A DNA stretch of 62,854 nt, filler included, from Gonapodya sp. JEL0774 (Eukaryota): the NCBI GenBank assembly GCA_027604505.1. It is 15 parts of 15 records of this genome, joined end to end, with 100 filler letters (N's around TTAATTAATTAA, not from the genome) between each part and the next. Parts side by side here need not be neighbours in the genome. Positions count along the whole stretch, not along the records: positions 1 to 4,123 come from JADIIX010001039.1; positions 4,224 to 8,339 come from JADIIX010001040.1; positions 8,440 to 12,555 come from JADIIX010001041.1; 12 more parts are not named here. One strand, given 5' to 3'. Shown piece after piece: positions 1 through 11,515 of this stretch (the stretch's first letter is position 1; each line of letters opens with the position of its first letter). Position numbers and translations under genes: made by a program. The notes under the pieces were generated by a model that worked only from the letters and a program-made list of their open reading frames with translations, searched no databases and was not told where the DNA came from.

Positions 1-2385
1 CTGTAACCACCTCTGCCCCCACCTCCTCGAGGCGCTCCGTACCCGTCGTCTAATGAATGGTCAGATCGACTTCGGGTCAAGTACTGCGCGAAGTGACACA
101 TCAATGCAGGCAGGGACTCACCATATCCGACGTCGTAGCCACCGCCATATCCATAATCACCTTCGTAATAGCCTCCGCCGTAATCACCACCACCATACGG
201 CCCTCCGTAGCCGCCTGCACTGTACGGTCCACCCCCGTATCCACCCCCATAGCCACCTCCGTACCCTCCGTACCCACCACCCCCATAGTATCCGCCTCTT
301 CCTCGCCCACCGTACACACCACCTCCACCACCATAGTATCCCCCAGGCCCGTTGTAGCCAGACGGCATGCGTGGGGGTGGAGCCCCGCGTGGTGGTTGAG
401 TCGGGAAACGGTCCTGTGTATTATATCGCGTGGTTTCGACGATCCGCACCGAAAGCGCCAAAGTCGCCATATAACGCCACGATATGTCCCACCCAAACAA
501 ATTCAGAAGACGCCGTCAGCACATCCATCCGCCCGCTGAAAAATCCGACCCTAAACCAACGCCTCCTGCCAATGGTTCTTCCTGAGGCCGCCTGCACAAT
601 CATATAGGAGTCCGAGAAATCCTACTAATTCTCGCCACTCCACTTCAATGTCAGCCCTCGGTCATTGACCGTCCAATACCTGATCCAGTCATCATCCGCC
701 ACGCCGGCCGAACATGCGATGACCCATCAACGATATCCCACCCCCACCTCCCACCAACACTGTCCCCCACGAAGCTCCCCCCAAGACCTCCCACCCGATG
801 CCCACCTCTCTTACTTCCAACAGTCTTCCGTGCCACTCGTACTTGTCGAATAGACCTGATTGGGAGAGGCGCACAATACATAATGTTAGTTTATTTGAGA
901 TGCCGGATGTTGACCTCCCTCATAATTGCATCTCATACTGCAAACCGAGCGACACCGGCTACTCACCAATAGCCCTCTTCGCATCTTCCTGGGTCTCGTA
1001 CAACACACTTCCTGTTCCCTTTGACCTTCCATCGGGTCCCATGTGGATATCCGCCCGGACAACAGTTCCTGCTTGACGAAACAGGTCCTTCAGGTCTTGC
1101 CAGGCGATGATGTAGGGCAGCTGAAGTTGCGTCGGAGGAAATAGTTGTCAGCCACAGCGTTTCTTCACTTTTCCCGACGGAACTGAGCTCACACACGAGC
1201 AAAACATGAAGACTCACGTTCACAATGTACACCTGCCGGCCCGTGATATCACCGTCCGCATGGGGGCCGCCGCCGCCTCCGTAACCCCCACCACCGTAAC
1301 CACCGTAACCACCGCGCCCCCGACCCCCTCGGAAGCCACCACGAGAACGCGGAGGGCCATTGGGACCGTCGTAGTAGGTAGTTCCGTTCTCACGATCCTT
1401 GAATTATACATTACACAATTTGGATCAAGCGGGTTAAGCTCACGATGAGAGGCACCCCACCCACCTCTCTTACGAAAATCGCCCTTCCGTTCAATTGCTT
1501 TTCTGTAAGCTCACTCACGGCGCGCTGAGCTTCCTCCGGTGTTGAGTATTCGACAACGGCACAACCTTTGGAGCGTCCTCCTGGTTGCAGCAGGACGTCG
1601 GCGTGTAGGACCTCACCGGCTGGAAAGAGGGAGAAACGAGATTAGCTCTGGCTTTCAGCTGTGGACCGATGGAAGTATTGTAAGCTAGCCGCACTCCGTC
1701 ACTTGCTCTGTCTCCATCGCGCAATTTCCTATGAAGCATCGCTCCACTCCAGAATCATACATGATTGCGTTCCACATTGATCTTTCCACAGTGGGAAAAA
1801 TGTGGCTTCTCCAATCAAAAGGGCTCCAGACAACACTCACCTTTGCTCATAAAATCCCTCAGCTCGGGCTCTCCCACATCGTAGGCGAGGTTGCCCACAT
1901 AAACTCGACACTCTTTCTTGGAGTCAGGACGGTAGGGTCTGCCACCATCCGAATATCGGGGCCCTCCATTCGCACCGGAGTCTCCATATGGAGCACCCCG
2001 CCAGTCGCGGCCCCGAGCCCCTGAACCACGGCTTGCTCCACCTCCTGTGTGTTGGTGGTCACCATCACCGTAGTCCTCGTGAACGACTGGGGGATCGGTA
2101 TCGCGAAAACGGTCCCTGTCGTCCCTCTCGTCTCGGTGATCTCGGTCGTCGCGATCCAGAATGTTAACGGACGGCCGGTCCGAGGAGTCTGGATATCGGG
2201 GATCATGGGCCGAATCGTAGAACATAGAGCCTTCCGGTTTGCGAGCGCAAGCGTTCGTGGTTGTGCCAGGGTTTGCATGGACAGAAAGGCATCGTGGCAA
2301 TGAGAGAACCATAGAGCACGGTCATAAGCACGTAAGTGAAAAGGCTCGCAACAAAAGGAGATCGGCGAAGATTCTCACCGCTCAT
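1..2385 (-). CDS. GBP2: GBP2/HRB1-like SR-type RRM RNA-binding protein (multi-exon, 3' end beyond contig edge)
   Basis: Spliced reading gives MSDSSDRP..RD-rich, then RRM1 (CRVYVGNLAYDV..LRDFMSK|AGEVLHADVLLQPGGRSKGCAVVEYSTPEEAQRAVSELTEKQLNGRAIFVRE). RRM2 follows (GRQVYIVN|LPYIIAWQDLKDLFRQAGTVVRADIHMGPDGRSKGTGSVLYET), with the WQDLKD pseudo-RRM motif, separated by RGG/YGG linkers. Introns are GT-AG. Confidence 0.85.
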
Positions 2386-2593
2386 TTTTTGAGTTGACTT
2401 TGAAGAAAAACGGGGTGGGAAGACGCCTTGGAGAAGCTTTGGTCAAAGGCTTGGACTGAGCATCCCCACCTCTCAAAACATTGATCAGCGATACAGTACG
2501 TTCTCATTGTGGGTTCTCAAAACAGTACCGACATCAAATAAAAATAGCTTAGTATACTTTACGAATGCACAAAGATCTTGAATGAACCCCTCA

Positions 2594-4123
2594 TCAGCTC
2601 AACGCATGCCACCTCTGACACCAGAACAAGATGAGACCTCCCCCCGCACAAAATTGGCTCCCAAAGGTACGTTCAGTAACCGTTCTTCTCCAAAAACTCA
2701 AACCACATGCGGCTCTCACGGTACTGCGATATAACGCGGAAGCCGCGAGTTGTGAGGAGGATGAGTGTTCCAAATACCTTGAGATTACCGGGAAGGCCGC
2801 TTTCAGAAGCTGATGGAGGGAGCGACCATACTTCTAACTCACGCGAAGACGCAAAATTTCCCCTCTCATCCGTGGCATGACTCGATCCTTGATGTTGGTT
2901 CGAATGATTATGGCAATGATGAGCCCGGCAACATCAACTGGCCATATCCAGTTCAGATTCTTGTTATCTGAAGACCACAGTGTTTGGATGATTGTATAAT
3001 ATGCTTGGCGGGATATACCGTGGTTCTACTAAAACTCACAGATCTCGAGCGACATGGGGCCTCCAAGTCGAGTTGTTTCCTCGTTCAGAATGATATTATA
3101 TCCGATGCCCACGAGACTCGCGATCGACCACGAACAAAGAATTACACTAGTGGTGACGTAATGGTGTGAAAACAAAAGGTTGAAACAATAGGTTCCTTTC
3201 GGAGCGGATTGATGCCTCCAAAACTAGAAGGGCACTCACCCATGCAACGGTCCCACGTTTCTGGATCCATACATATCAGAGAGCCATGCAGGAATCGTTC
3301 CAAACCCTGCTCCGTCTGGTTGCAATGGCGAATCGTAAAACGGTAAAGTTCGCATTAAATCGGTTTGTGGTTTCAAGGTTCGAGTCGCGCCTCTCATTCT
3401 GATACTCACACCACAATTGTCCCAAGAAAATGCAAATCAAGAACAACCAGTACCGCTGGGTTGCGAAGGATCTGGGAAGTACCTGACAGATTGCGATTTG
3501 CAAAGACAGGGAGATGATGTAGACGGTCTTTCGACCGATCTTGTCGGAAAGAAACGAGATAAAGATACGGCCAAGCATAGAGAACACAGCGGCTAAGGCA
3601 TTCTGTGAGAAAACAGATGTAAGTTTCAGGTTTGTTCGTCCCACTGTTACTTAAACTAACGATCGCTGACGCCTCCTCTGTGCTTTTGCCAAACTGGTTC
3701 TTGACCTAGTTTTGGTAAAAGCAAAAAGGGAGTCAGTGAGCTTGGGATATCCGAGAAATTTTCAGCAATTAAAACTATTTCACCATGTCTTGTAATTTCG
3801 ACAACGTGGTGAGACCCAGTAGAATGTTTATGCCCAGCACCATGAACATCATCGCAAACTCGATCTACGGACGAATCCATATGAGGGAGCTAAATTAAAC
3901 ATCTGAAAAAATGCGGCACACAATTCAAGACCCTTACCGATGTCATGGCATCCATCAAATCAATCGAGTAAAACAAGCGCAGCGCGTTGCGCGCAGGAAC
4001 ATCTACAAGATCAACTTCCGAGTGACCGCTGCGTTCGCTAACGTTTGTCGACGATTTTCTGGACGCGCTCGAAAAGGGTAAGGAGCTTGCCGGACTTGGG
4101 ATAGATCCCGGTATGGGGCTTCG
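2594..4123 (-). CDS. MFS transporter, oxalate/formate antiporter (OFA)-like, 5'-truncated
   Basis: Exons read NALAAVFSMLGRIFISFLSDKIGRKTVY (MFS motif A-like loop) and GAGFGTIPAWLSDMYGSRNVGPLHG, with several hydrophobic segments. Probable stop is TGA at 2594. Confidence 0.75.
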
Positions 4124-4223
4124 NNNNNNNNNNNNNNNNNNNNNNNNNNNNNNNNNNNNNNNNNNNNTTAATTAATTAANNNNNNNNNNNNNNNNNNNNN
4201 NNNNNNNNNNNNNNNNNNNNNNN
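4124..4223. other. Artificial contig-joining spacer (44 N + TTAATTAATTAA + 44 N), first of 14
   Basis: Identical spacers occur at 4124-4223, 8340-8439, 12556-12655, 16762-16861, 20962-21061, 25159-25258, 29354-29453, 33548-33647, 37741-37840, 41930-42029, 46118-46217, 50306-50405, 54493-54592 and 58675-58774. The 12-mer puts stop codons in all six frames. Confidence 0.98.
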
Positions 4224-4353
4224 TGAACTTACTTCCCAAAGCGTCTTCGTACCACTTTTGAAGCCGATCTCGATTTGTCGACGTGAGAACCAAGTGGCAG
4301 AACCGAGTGGGTGCGACTGGGGATTGTGTGTCCATTGTGATTTTGGCAACCAT
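4224..4353 (-). CDS. N-terminus of a VOC/glyoxalase-bleomycin resistance/extradiol dioxygenase family protein (truncated)
   Basis: MVAKITMDTQSPVAPTRFCHLVLTSTNRDRLQKWYEDALG fits the VOC beta-alpha start (H-x-x-L..WY...LG). Only about 43 codons are visible. Confidence 0.6.
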
Positions 4354-6977
4354 GGTGTATATGGTGAATGGAGAGTGGAGAGCAAGAAAGGAAATACTGA
4401 CGCTTGTCGCAAAGAAGAACGAGCTTTTATATCCATATTTTCTGAGCGAGCCTCTTTGGCGGTGCTGTAAACAAATCTGCCAAACGTGCTGGTTGTTTTG
4501 GAGCAACCTGTCGGCAGAATCACTTTGAACCGGCAGCAGTGCTGGCACAGTTCCCGTGATCCAAGCAAAACCTTTCAAACATTTCGTCGTTCAGTGCACA
4601 GCACCGAGACGTGCGTCCACACATTTTGCCTGGATTGATTCATGATGGCCAGTCAGAATTGCGCCGTCTTTTCAGTTTGGTATTATGGCTTTATGGAATC
4701 CGCTTAATTCCACGTTGTATATGCTCTACATAGCCGTCCTTTTTCCAATCTGCCAGTACCTTCAATTCCGACTTGACCTTCCCAGAGGCGCTCTCAACCC
4801 ACAACTCCATCAAACATCACCGCAAGAGTATTGGCTCACGGTTTGAATCCATTAGATGCCCTCGCATGTGTGCGTGGAAGATCGGAAAAATACGCTCTTC
4901 ATTTCGCCGTTCGCGTCATCTGTTTCTGAACCTCCACATACCGCACGTGGTCAACGTTCCGTACTCTTTTTCTAACTATGTGCTGTGCCTTGTGGATCCA
5001 CTGAAATGATAAAGCTCCTACTTTCGCGTGCGGCCGCCAGGGGTCGGTGGTAACAATTCATTCATGAATCGACAGGAACCAGTCGGGTTTCATCTGAAAA
5101 CGCTCTATGAGCGAGAATCCCGTTCTCCTAAGATACGGGTACCTTCAAATCTACGTGGGATTGCCAGTTGCCCTCCATTCGGAGGTGAACCAATCGAACT
5201 ATTTCCTCGCTCAGAGAAATTTGTCCGGGTCCTTGATACCCACTAATCTTCCGTCAACATCTTACTGCGTACAGATGCCAGATATGGGAATACTACGTGA
5301 TGAGCAGTGACTGCTCGACCCAGAGCCTCGTTCGTCATTGGATTTCAGTCGAGGCAAAAGCAACAGCGAGTCACATCAGCGACGGAAGCAGTTGCAGAAG
5401 AGCACAGCTTGAAAAGGGAGAATCCGGATGGTCCCCATCGCGACGCGATGCAATGCAGAGGAGGTAGATGGTGGTTTATAATCTTCTTCGGATAAAGAAT
5501 TTCGGTATGACCACCTGAAACACTAAACGAGACGGTAAATTAGATACATGGAAGAGAGTGCAGAGCGCGAGTATGGTTCTCCCTCCGGCGACCCGGAGAT
5601 TTACAGCAACTGCTCGGATGTGATGTTGTCCCAAATTATCAGAAATATGATTGAAAAGTAGCTTCAACGGTTCAATGACCTCAGTGCTTGACTCTATAAT
5701 CATTTCATCCCCAATCTGGCAACAAGTTCACTCATTGGAGCCTTTCAAGTGTCCGTGGCGATCGGATGCCGGCCGAGTGAAGAAAACTCACATTTTACGA
5801 GTTTTGGGCACGTCACTGGGGTGAGGTTCGTTCGAAGACAGGGATGCTAGAGCACAATAAGTAGGAAGAGAATGATACGATGTGACTTTTTCTGGCCGAC
5901 GTGCACTGGCGGACCGTGCAGTGTCACGTATTTGGTATGTGCAGATGCAAACAACAACGAATGCAGAACAGAAAACAATGAAAACACTGTTTGGGAACTT
6001 GGAGATCCATCCCAGTAAGTTCTTTGCTGGCAAGCTGGATGAAAGGACATGGCATAATGGGATGATGTCCCTACTAACCAGAGGTCGGATGCGCCAACTC
6101 ATTTCTTCTTGCTCTCGATCGCATCGCTGCAGTCGCAAGTATATACTCAGATTGAACGAAAGTCCTCTGAAAGCTCTTCTCGCTATTGGCGAGCAGTTTT
6201 CTCGTGATCTCGGACTTCTACTGCTCTTCTGTGCACTGACATATTGGAGCACGGGCATCCAGAAGCACTCGTTCACGACGGCCTTTCTACAGACGCTCAA
6301 AGTTCAAAGATTGCATTACTCGGTTACTGCAGTTATTCCGCTCACATTTTCGCCGTCAGTCGACTCTGATTATGATACATAGCATTAGCCCATCGATGCC
6401 ATCAATATTCCGAGCAGCACCCGCTTGCAGCTTGGTGTGCACCTTCTCCTAGATCATGAGGCATTCATACTTCCGCAGAATCCCGGTTTTCATAGATACT
6501 CTACAACTCCACCATGCTGACGTCGCAACCTCATCGTTCGTCTCATGTGTGACATACAAATCGGGGATTATCCCCCGTCTGTTCTCGGATCGCCACAATG
6601 AACGAAACCGAGTTTTTTTGTTGTCTTTCGCAAATGGTGGAACCTTTCATTCGGTTGATATTGTGGCTTTCTAACCGTAGCAGAGTGAAAGCATTCGGAA
6701 GCGTCACCTGTCTCTTTCAAATGGCCACCACCCAACGTGATACATGATCAGGTGCTCCGGTGGAGTGATCGTCTTACACGAGACAGTGAGCAATTATGCA
6801 GATTGTATGTGGATCAGCCCAAGTCGGAGCTCAGACATAGCATTCCTGACTTCATCTACATATTTACACCGCACTGACTACATGAAGTAGTACATCAATG
6901 AAATACAGACCCAATTTGCAGAAACTCTTCGACCATCTGCTGTCAGCTTCGTGGGCAGTTCCACTGTCCACCAAGAC

Positions 6978-8339
6978 TCAACTCTTGCTCGCCCCACTCT
7001 TCTGTTCCCACCTCCCCGCCAAACTCCCCACGTTCCTCCCTCTCCTCCCCATCTGTCCCTGCTGATCGCCACCAGCACCACCACCCGTCCCGAAAATGCT
7101 GTCGACTGTCACAGTCTCCTGGTTCTGACTCAATTTACGCTCTCGTCTCCGCGCAGCTTGACTGGTTCCTGCAATTCCGGAGACAGATCCTGTATTAAGA
7201 TGTGAAGGGGCGTGTGGAGAAACCGGCGAATTGGAAGATGACAGACTAGAGGGCGACGTCAACGTCCCAGGACGTCCTGGTGCCACCGAAGGGGGCCTTC
7301 CTGCTCCAGTGTCCAGGGCGGGGAAGGGTCGCATAGCAGAATGTCGTACTGGACCTCTCGCAGCCGGCGGTGGCATCGCAGGCGGACGGGCGGCTACCTG
7401 TTGGGGAGGTACTGGTGCCGCTATTCTCTCCGCACTGCCTGAAGCGGCTACTCCACTCGGCCTTCTCCCTACGTTAGTTCCTTCTCCACCATCTTCCACA
7501 ACTTCGCCCATTCTTCCTGCTCCGAGAGATCCCTGTCCGCCACCGGACTTCCTCCGCCGGTCCACATGTGCACTGGTACTCCGAGCTCGGGAGAGCTGTG
7601 CCCAGCCAGCGTCACTACTTTGAGCACGTCGGGTACCACTGGCACTGCCGCCAGTGGCGGTTGAAGGGCGAGGTAAGGGCAGTACGCCAGCACCGGATGG
7701 GATCCCGTGGGCGGCTGAATTCGTCGCGGCCACTTCCACGGAACCTGGCCCCATCTGTTTCGGTACCGCAAATTGAGTGGATGGGTCCGAAGCGATCGCT
7801 GAGCCCCTGCTAGTAGTACTGTTCCCGGGCACTTGTTTCCGAGCGGCGCTGTCGTCCTCGACGCGACCAGCGCTCTGGACCGTTGGTGGATCCTGTCTCG
7901 TAATCCCTGGCCCTCCTCCTGCTGAACTTACAGTGTTGGGCACTTGTCTTGCTACTCCTATCCCGGATAGCGGTCGACTGGCGACATTTGTGATGGGACT
8001 AGGCGGTCCATTTCCCATCCCGGCGGGCATCTGTCTTGCTCTCACCATCCCAGGCGAAGAGACATTGGATGAATTCGCGGACGTGTAGGTACTGGCGACA
8101 TTAGAAGAGTTGTTACTGGATAGGGAAGCGAACGATGATTGCTTGGAGTGGGAAATGAACACATTCGGGGGTTGTGGGGGAGCTGCGGATGCTCCAGAGA
8201 GTGCAGCGACGCGAGCAGAGAGGGCTGAAACACGCTCGGCAACGGATGTGGACGCTGGGGGGGATGGAGATCTGCCCGCAGTTGGGGATGCGGGAGGCTG
8301 GGGCTTCACAGTGGTGGTGGATAAAGGAGATGCAACTCT
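6978..8339 (-). CDS. Ser/Pro/Ala-rich low-complexity hypothetical protein, C-terminal part
   Basis: Uninterrupted ORF of over 440 codons running to the contig edge and ending ..RRGRNVGSLAGRWEQKSGASKS. No recognisable domain. Confidence 0.65.
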   Translation of the reverse strand, partial: RVASPLSTTTVKPQPPASPTAGRSPSPPASTSVAERVSALSARVAALSGASAAPPQPPNVFISHSKQSSFASLSSNNSSNVASTYTSANSSNVSSPGMVRARQMPAGMGNGPPSPITNVASRPLSGIGVARQVPNTVSSAGGGPGITRQDPPTVQSAGRVEDDSAARKQVPGNSTTSRGSAIASDPSTQFAVPKQMGPGSVEVAATNSAAHGIPSGAGVLPLPRPSTATGGSASGTRRAQSSDAGWAQLSRARSTSAHVDRRRKSGGGQGSLGAGRMGEVVEDGGEGTNVGRRPSGVAASGSAERIAAPVPPQQVAARPPAMPPPAARGPVRHSAMRPFPALDTGAGRPPSVAPGRPGTLTSPSSLSSSNSPVSPHAPSHLNTGSVSGIAGTSQAARRRERKLSQNQETVTVDSIFGTGGGAGGDQQGQMGRRGRNVGSLAGRWEQKSGASKS

Positions 8340-8854
8340 NNNNNNNNNNNNNNNNNNNNNNNNNNNNNNNNNNNNNNNNNNNNTTAATTAATTAANNNNN
8401 NNNNNNNNNNNNNNNNNNNNNNNNNNNNNNNNNNNNNNNTCGCAACAGTGGCCCCTGAAACCTGACATTTCCGGGGACACTTCTGGGGTCTTGGCGAACA
8501 AGAAGAGTGCAGTTTTCTTCATAGCATAAAACTTTATGGTGTCTGCAAGCTCCCAGTACCTCAGGAGACGGTTATTGTAACTGTCGACAACTCATGTCAG
8601 TTCGACAAATAACTCGAAGTGACTCGCACAGTCAAATTCGACATGGTTTGCTTCTGTAGCCGCTTGAGAACCATTTTCACGGCAATGGATATTTTCCGTC
8701 GTGAACGGTTGCAATGAAGTCGCAAGTGCACAAGGATGAATCGGAGTAAGGTTTGAAGAATCATTGATCGTCTGTATTATCCTGCTTATTCACAAAATAT
8801 TCTCCCCGCAGCTGAAACATGATCCATAATAGTATGCATCAAGGGTCAACGAGT

Positions 8855-11515
8855 TTAAGAGGTGGGCACTGTTGGAAAATTGAACCGTTCGCCCTTAGCG
8901 TCAATCGCACCACAGCGGCCACTCCATCTTCATTCCACTCACTGTACGCGGATGTGTCAATGGTGTCAGGGAGTACCTGAACGTTGACCTCGAACCGTTC
9001 TTGCACCGCGTTGAGGATTGTCGCGTCGGCTTCCGATGTCACGAAGGAAATGGCAAGCCCCTTCGTTCCGAAACGACCTGCACGTCCGACCTACAAGAAT
9101 GGTGATGGAAGTCGTCACAAGATTATAACCACGTCAGGAGTTAGGACGATGGTACAAACGGACCCTGTGTAAGTAGGAGTCAGCCGCATCAGGCATGTCG
9201 TAATTGATAACGATGCTGGTGTACAGAGACGTATGAGCGTAAAAGAATCTTCGTTTGCGACAAAGCAGTTCTGGGACTCACTTCACACGCTCAATATCGA
9301 TTCCACGTCCGAAAATATCTGTTGCTACCATGATTCGGTAGTTGAAGTCCTTGAATTGTTTATAGCGCTTGATTCTAAGCGAGCCGATGCGTTGTCAATA
9401 AACCAGAGTCAGAAGGTTTCGAAGGTGGTTGCCGATATTCAAAACATTGCAACGCACCTCTCCTCCTGGCCCATTCCCGAGTGAATGCAGGTGCTGGGGA
9501 AGTTGCACTCCACCAACAACTTGCTAAGCTCCGTTGCCCTCTGGACACTCTTGACAAAAACAACAACTTGGTTGAACTCGAGAGTGTCAAGGAGGTCATT
9601 GAGCTTGCGGTTCTTGGAGGTCTCGGGAAGCTTAACATAGTACTGCATCAAGCCGTGGAGAGTGAGCTTAGTCTCGTCGTCAACGAACACTTCGAGGGGC
9701 TGACAGTCAGTTCCGAGAGAGATGACAGGGGAAAGCGTGGTGCGAAATCCAAGTGCAGCAAGCGTGGAATCAAGGAGGGATTGGAGAGAAGGAGAAAGGA
9801 GGAAGGACGTATTGGTTTCAGATAGTCGTGGTGCTTTCCGATCAAAAACTGTATGGGCCGCCGTAAGCCAGCCGATTGCGAATTCCAAAGATTACGGATG
9901 CTCTCATTCCACTGGCCATTCGTCAGGTATTAATAAGAGAGCGATGGGACTGATAATCATGACCTGGAAAGACCTGCAAAGGAGCTCGGTCTCATATGGT
10001 TATGTCTTCTGGAATACCACTTGTCACTTACAACAAGATTAGCAAGAACACCGATTTCTTCCAACACCACAAGTAGGTCCGAAGCATGATGCAAGATAAA
10101 GCGCCCCCGACTGAACATTTAAACGAACTTCACAGATGGAGCACGATGGTACCGGTGCGGCAGATGTCTCATAAGAGGTGCAGACGTCCCAGTCCCGAGC
10201 CACCCCTGCTTGTCGTAAAGCAGGAGCAGCCACCACGGATCCCCTCCGGCGGAGATGTGGTTTCCGATCCCGTCCGATGTCCATGAATCACAGGCTATCC
10301 CCCAATTGACGGCATTCGGCGGCCCCTCAGGTGGAACTGGCAATGTGAACTACGTACTGTGCTCATGAACTTCTTGGCTACGGGTCGAACCTCCTTGGCG
10401 AGAGTGGCGGAGAACATCATGACCTGCTTGTGGTGCGGCGTCGCCTTAAAGATGTCTTGAATGTCTTTACGCATATCTGGCGAGAGGCAATAGTGGATGC
10501 AGTGCAGGAGAGGTGAAAAAGCAGGAGGGTTGTCAGTTTCAGGTGGACGAAGATTGATAGAGAACTACAGCGGGAGCACAACTCGGTACTCTCAAATTAT
10601 CCTCTCTTCATCTCATGCGACCCGGCGAAGCAGTTTGCCAGGTACTCGACGAGCTGGGTTTAAGAGTCGTGTTCATCATGGAGTGCCTTTCCACACAAGA
10701 TTTCTTCATCTCGTGCAACAAGTTGAATCACACATGCCCCGAAAAATTTTATCATCTCACTTCACAGTGTTCTCTGAGACTTACCAAGTTGCTCCAGCAT
10801 CTTGTCACACTCGTCCATAACGAAGTGCTTCACGTTCTTTACTGGGAGATCCTTTGTCTTGACCATCGCAAGAATCCGTCCAGGAGTCCCTACGATAATC
10901 TGCGGCTTGTCCTTTTTCATCTCGTCCGCGTTCTGTTTGGGCGGGACACCTCCGTAGAACACAGCCGTTCGGACATCTGGCATGTACTTCGAGAACCGAG
11001 CGTACTCGTTGCGGATCTGGTAGGCAAGCTCGCGGGTATGGCAAAGGACCAGGACGGAGCATTCGGGAGAAGCAGGGTCGAGCTGTTGAAGGGTCGCGAG
11101 GACGAAGACTGCGGTTTTTCCCATGCCGGATTTAGCCTGGCAAAGAACATCCATGCCAAGCACTGCTTGCGGAATACATTCTTGTTGGACTACAAAGCAA
11201 CAGGCAAGGATTGTCTGGAATTGAAAACGTTCCATCCCTTGGTAAATGTGTGGAGCAAGCAAACCAACCTTCGGAAGGGTGCTCAAACCCGCAGTCTACA
11301 ATGGCTCGCAGCAGCTCCGGCTTCAGTAAGAAGTCCCTGAAACCAGTTGCATGAATACCGACGTAAGAACCCTTCTTGACTTCCTTGGAGTCCCCGCCAG
11401 CAGCTCCGTTAGACCCTGCGGCCGGTGCAGCAGCAGCTGAAGAAGGTGCAGCAGTTGTGTCTACGACTTCCTCCTCCTCCTCGTATGCGATAAGATCGTC
11501 GTCGTTGTCTGCCAT
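8855..11515 (-). CDS. SUB2: ATP-dependent RNA helicase Sub2/UAP56 (DECD-box), complete multi-exon gene
   Basis: Starts [15 protein letters not shown]. Contains [49 protein letters not shown], the DECD motif, [21 protein letters not shown] and [11 protein letters not shown]. Stop is TAA at 8855. Confidence 0.97.
10585..10687 (-). ncRNA. Candidate intronic box C/D snoRNA (snR69-like, LSU rRNA Cm2948 equivalent)
   Basis: C box ATGATGA (10679-10673). Guide TAAACCCAGCTC (10662-10651) is complementary to the conserved LSU sequence GAGCUGGGUUUA. D'-like TCGA (10649-10646), C'-like ATGAAGA (10611-10605), D-like TTGA (10595-10592). Terminal stem GGCACTC/GAGTACC. Confidence 0.6.

Noticed and set aside
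53..607. His-rich 184-aa and Thr/Val-rich plus-strand ORFs
   Set aside because: These are antisense shadows of the Gly/Tyr-rich exon of the GBP2-like gene.
645..700. C/D-like boxes (ATGATGA..CTGA) in the GBP2 intron
   Set aside because: Only about 45 nt from C to D, with no terminal stem and no identifiable target.
4700..6700. Several 60-170 aa ORFs on both strands
   Set aside because: No recognisable motifs or consistent exon chain. Possibly a decayed gene, but not supportable.
9815..9965. Second C/D snoRNA in the long SUB2 intron (ATGATTA..CTGA..CTGA)
   Set aside because: The C box is imperfect and I could not match either putative guide convincingly to rRNA from memory. It needs a snoscan or cmscan run.
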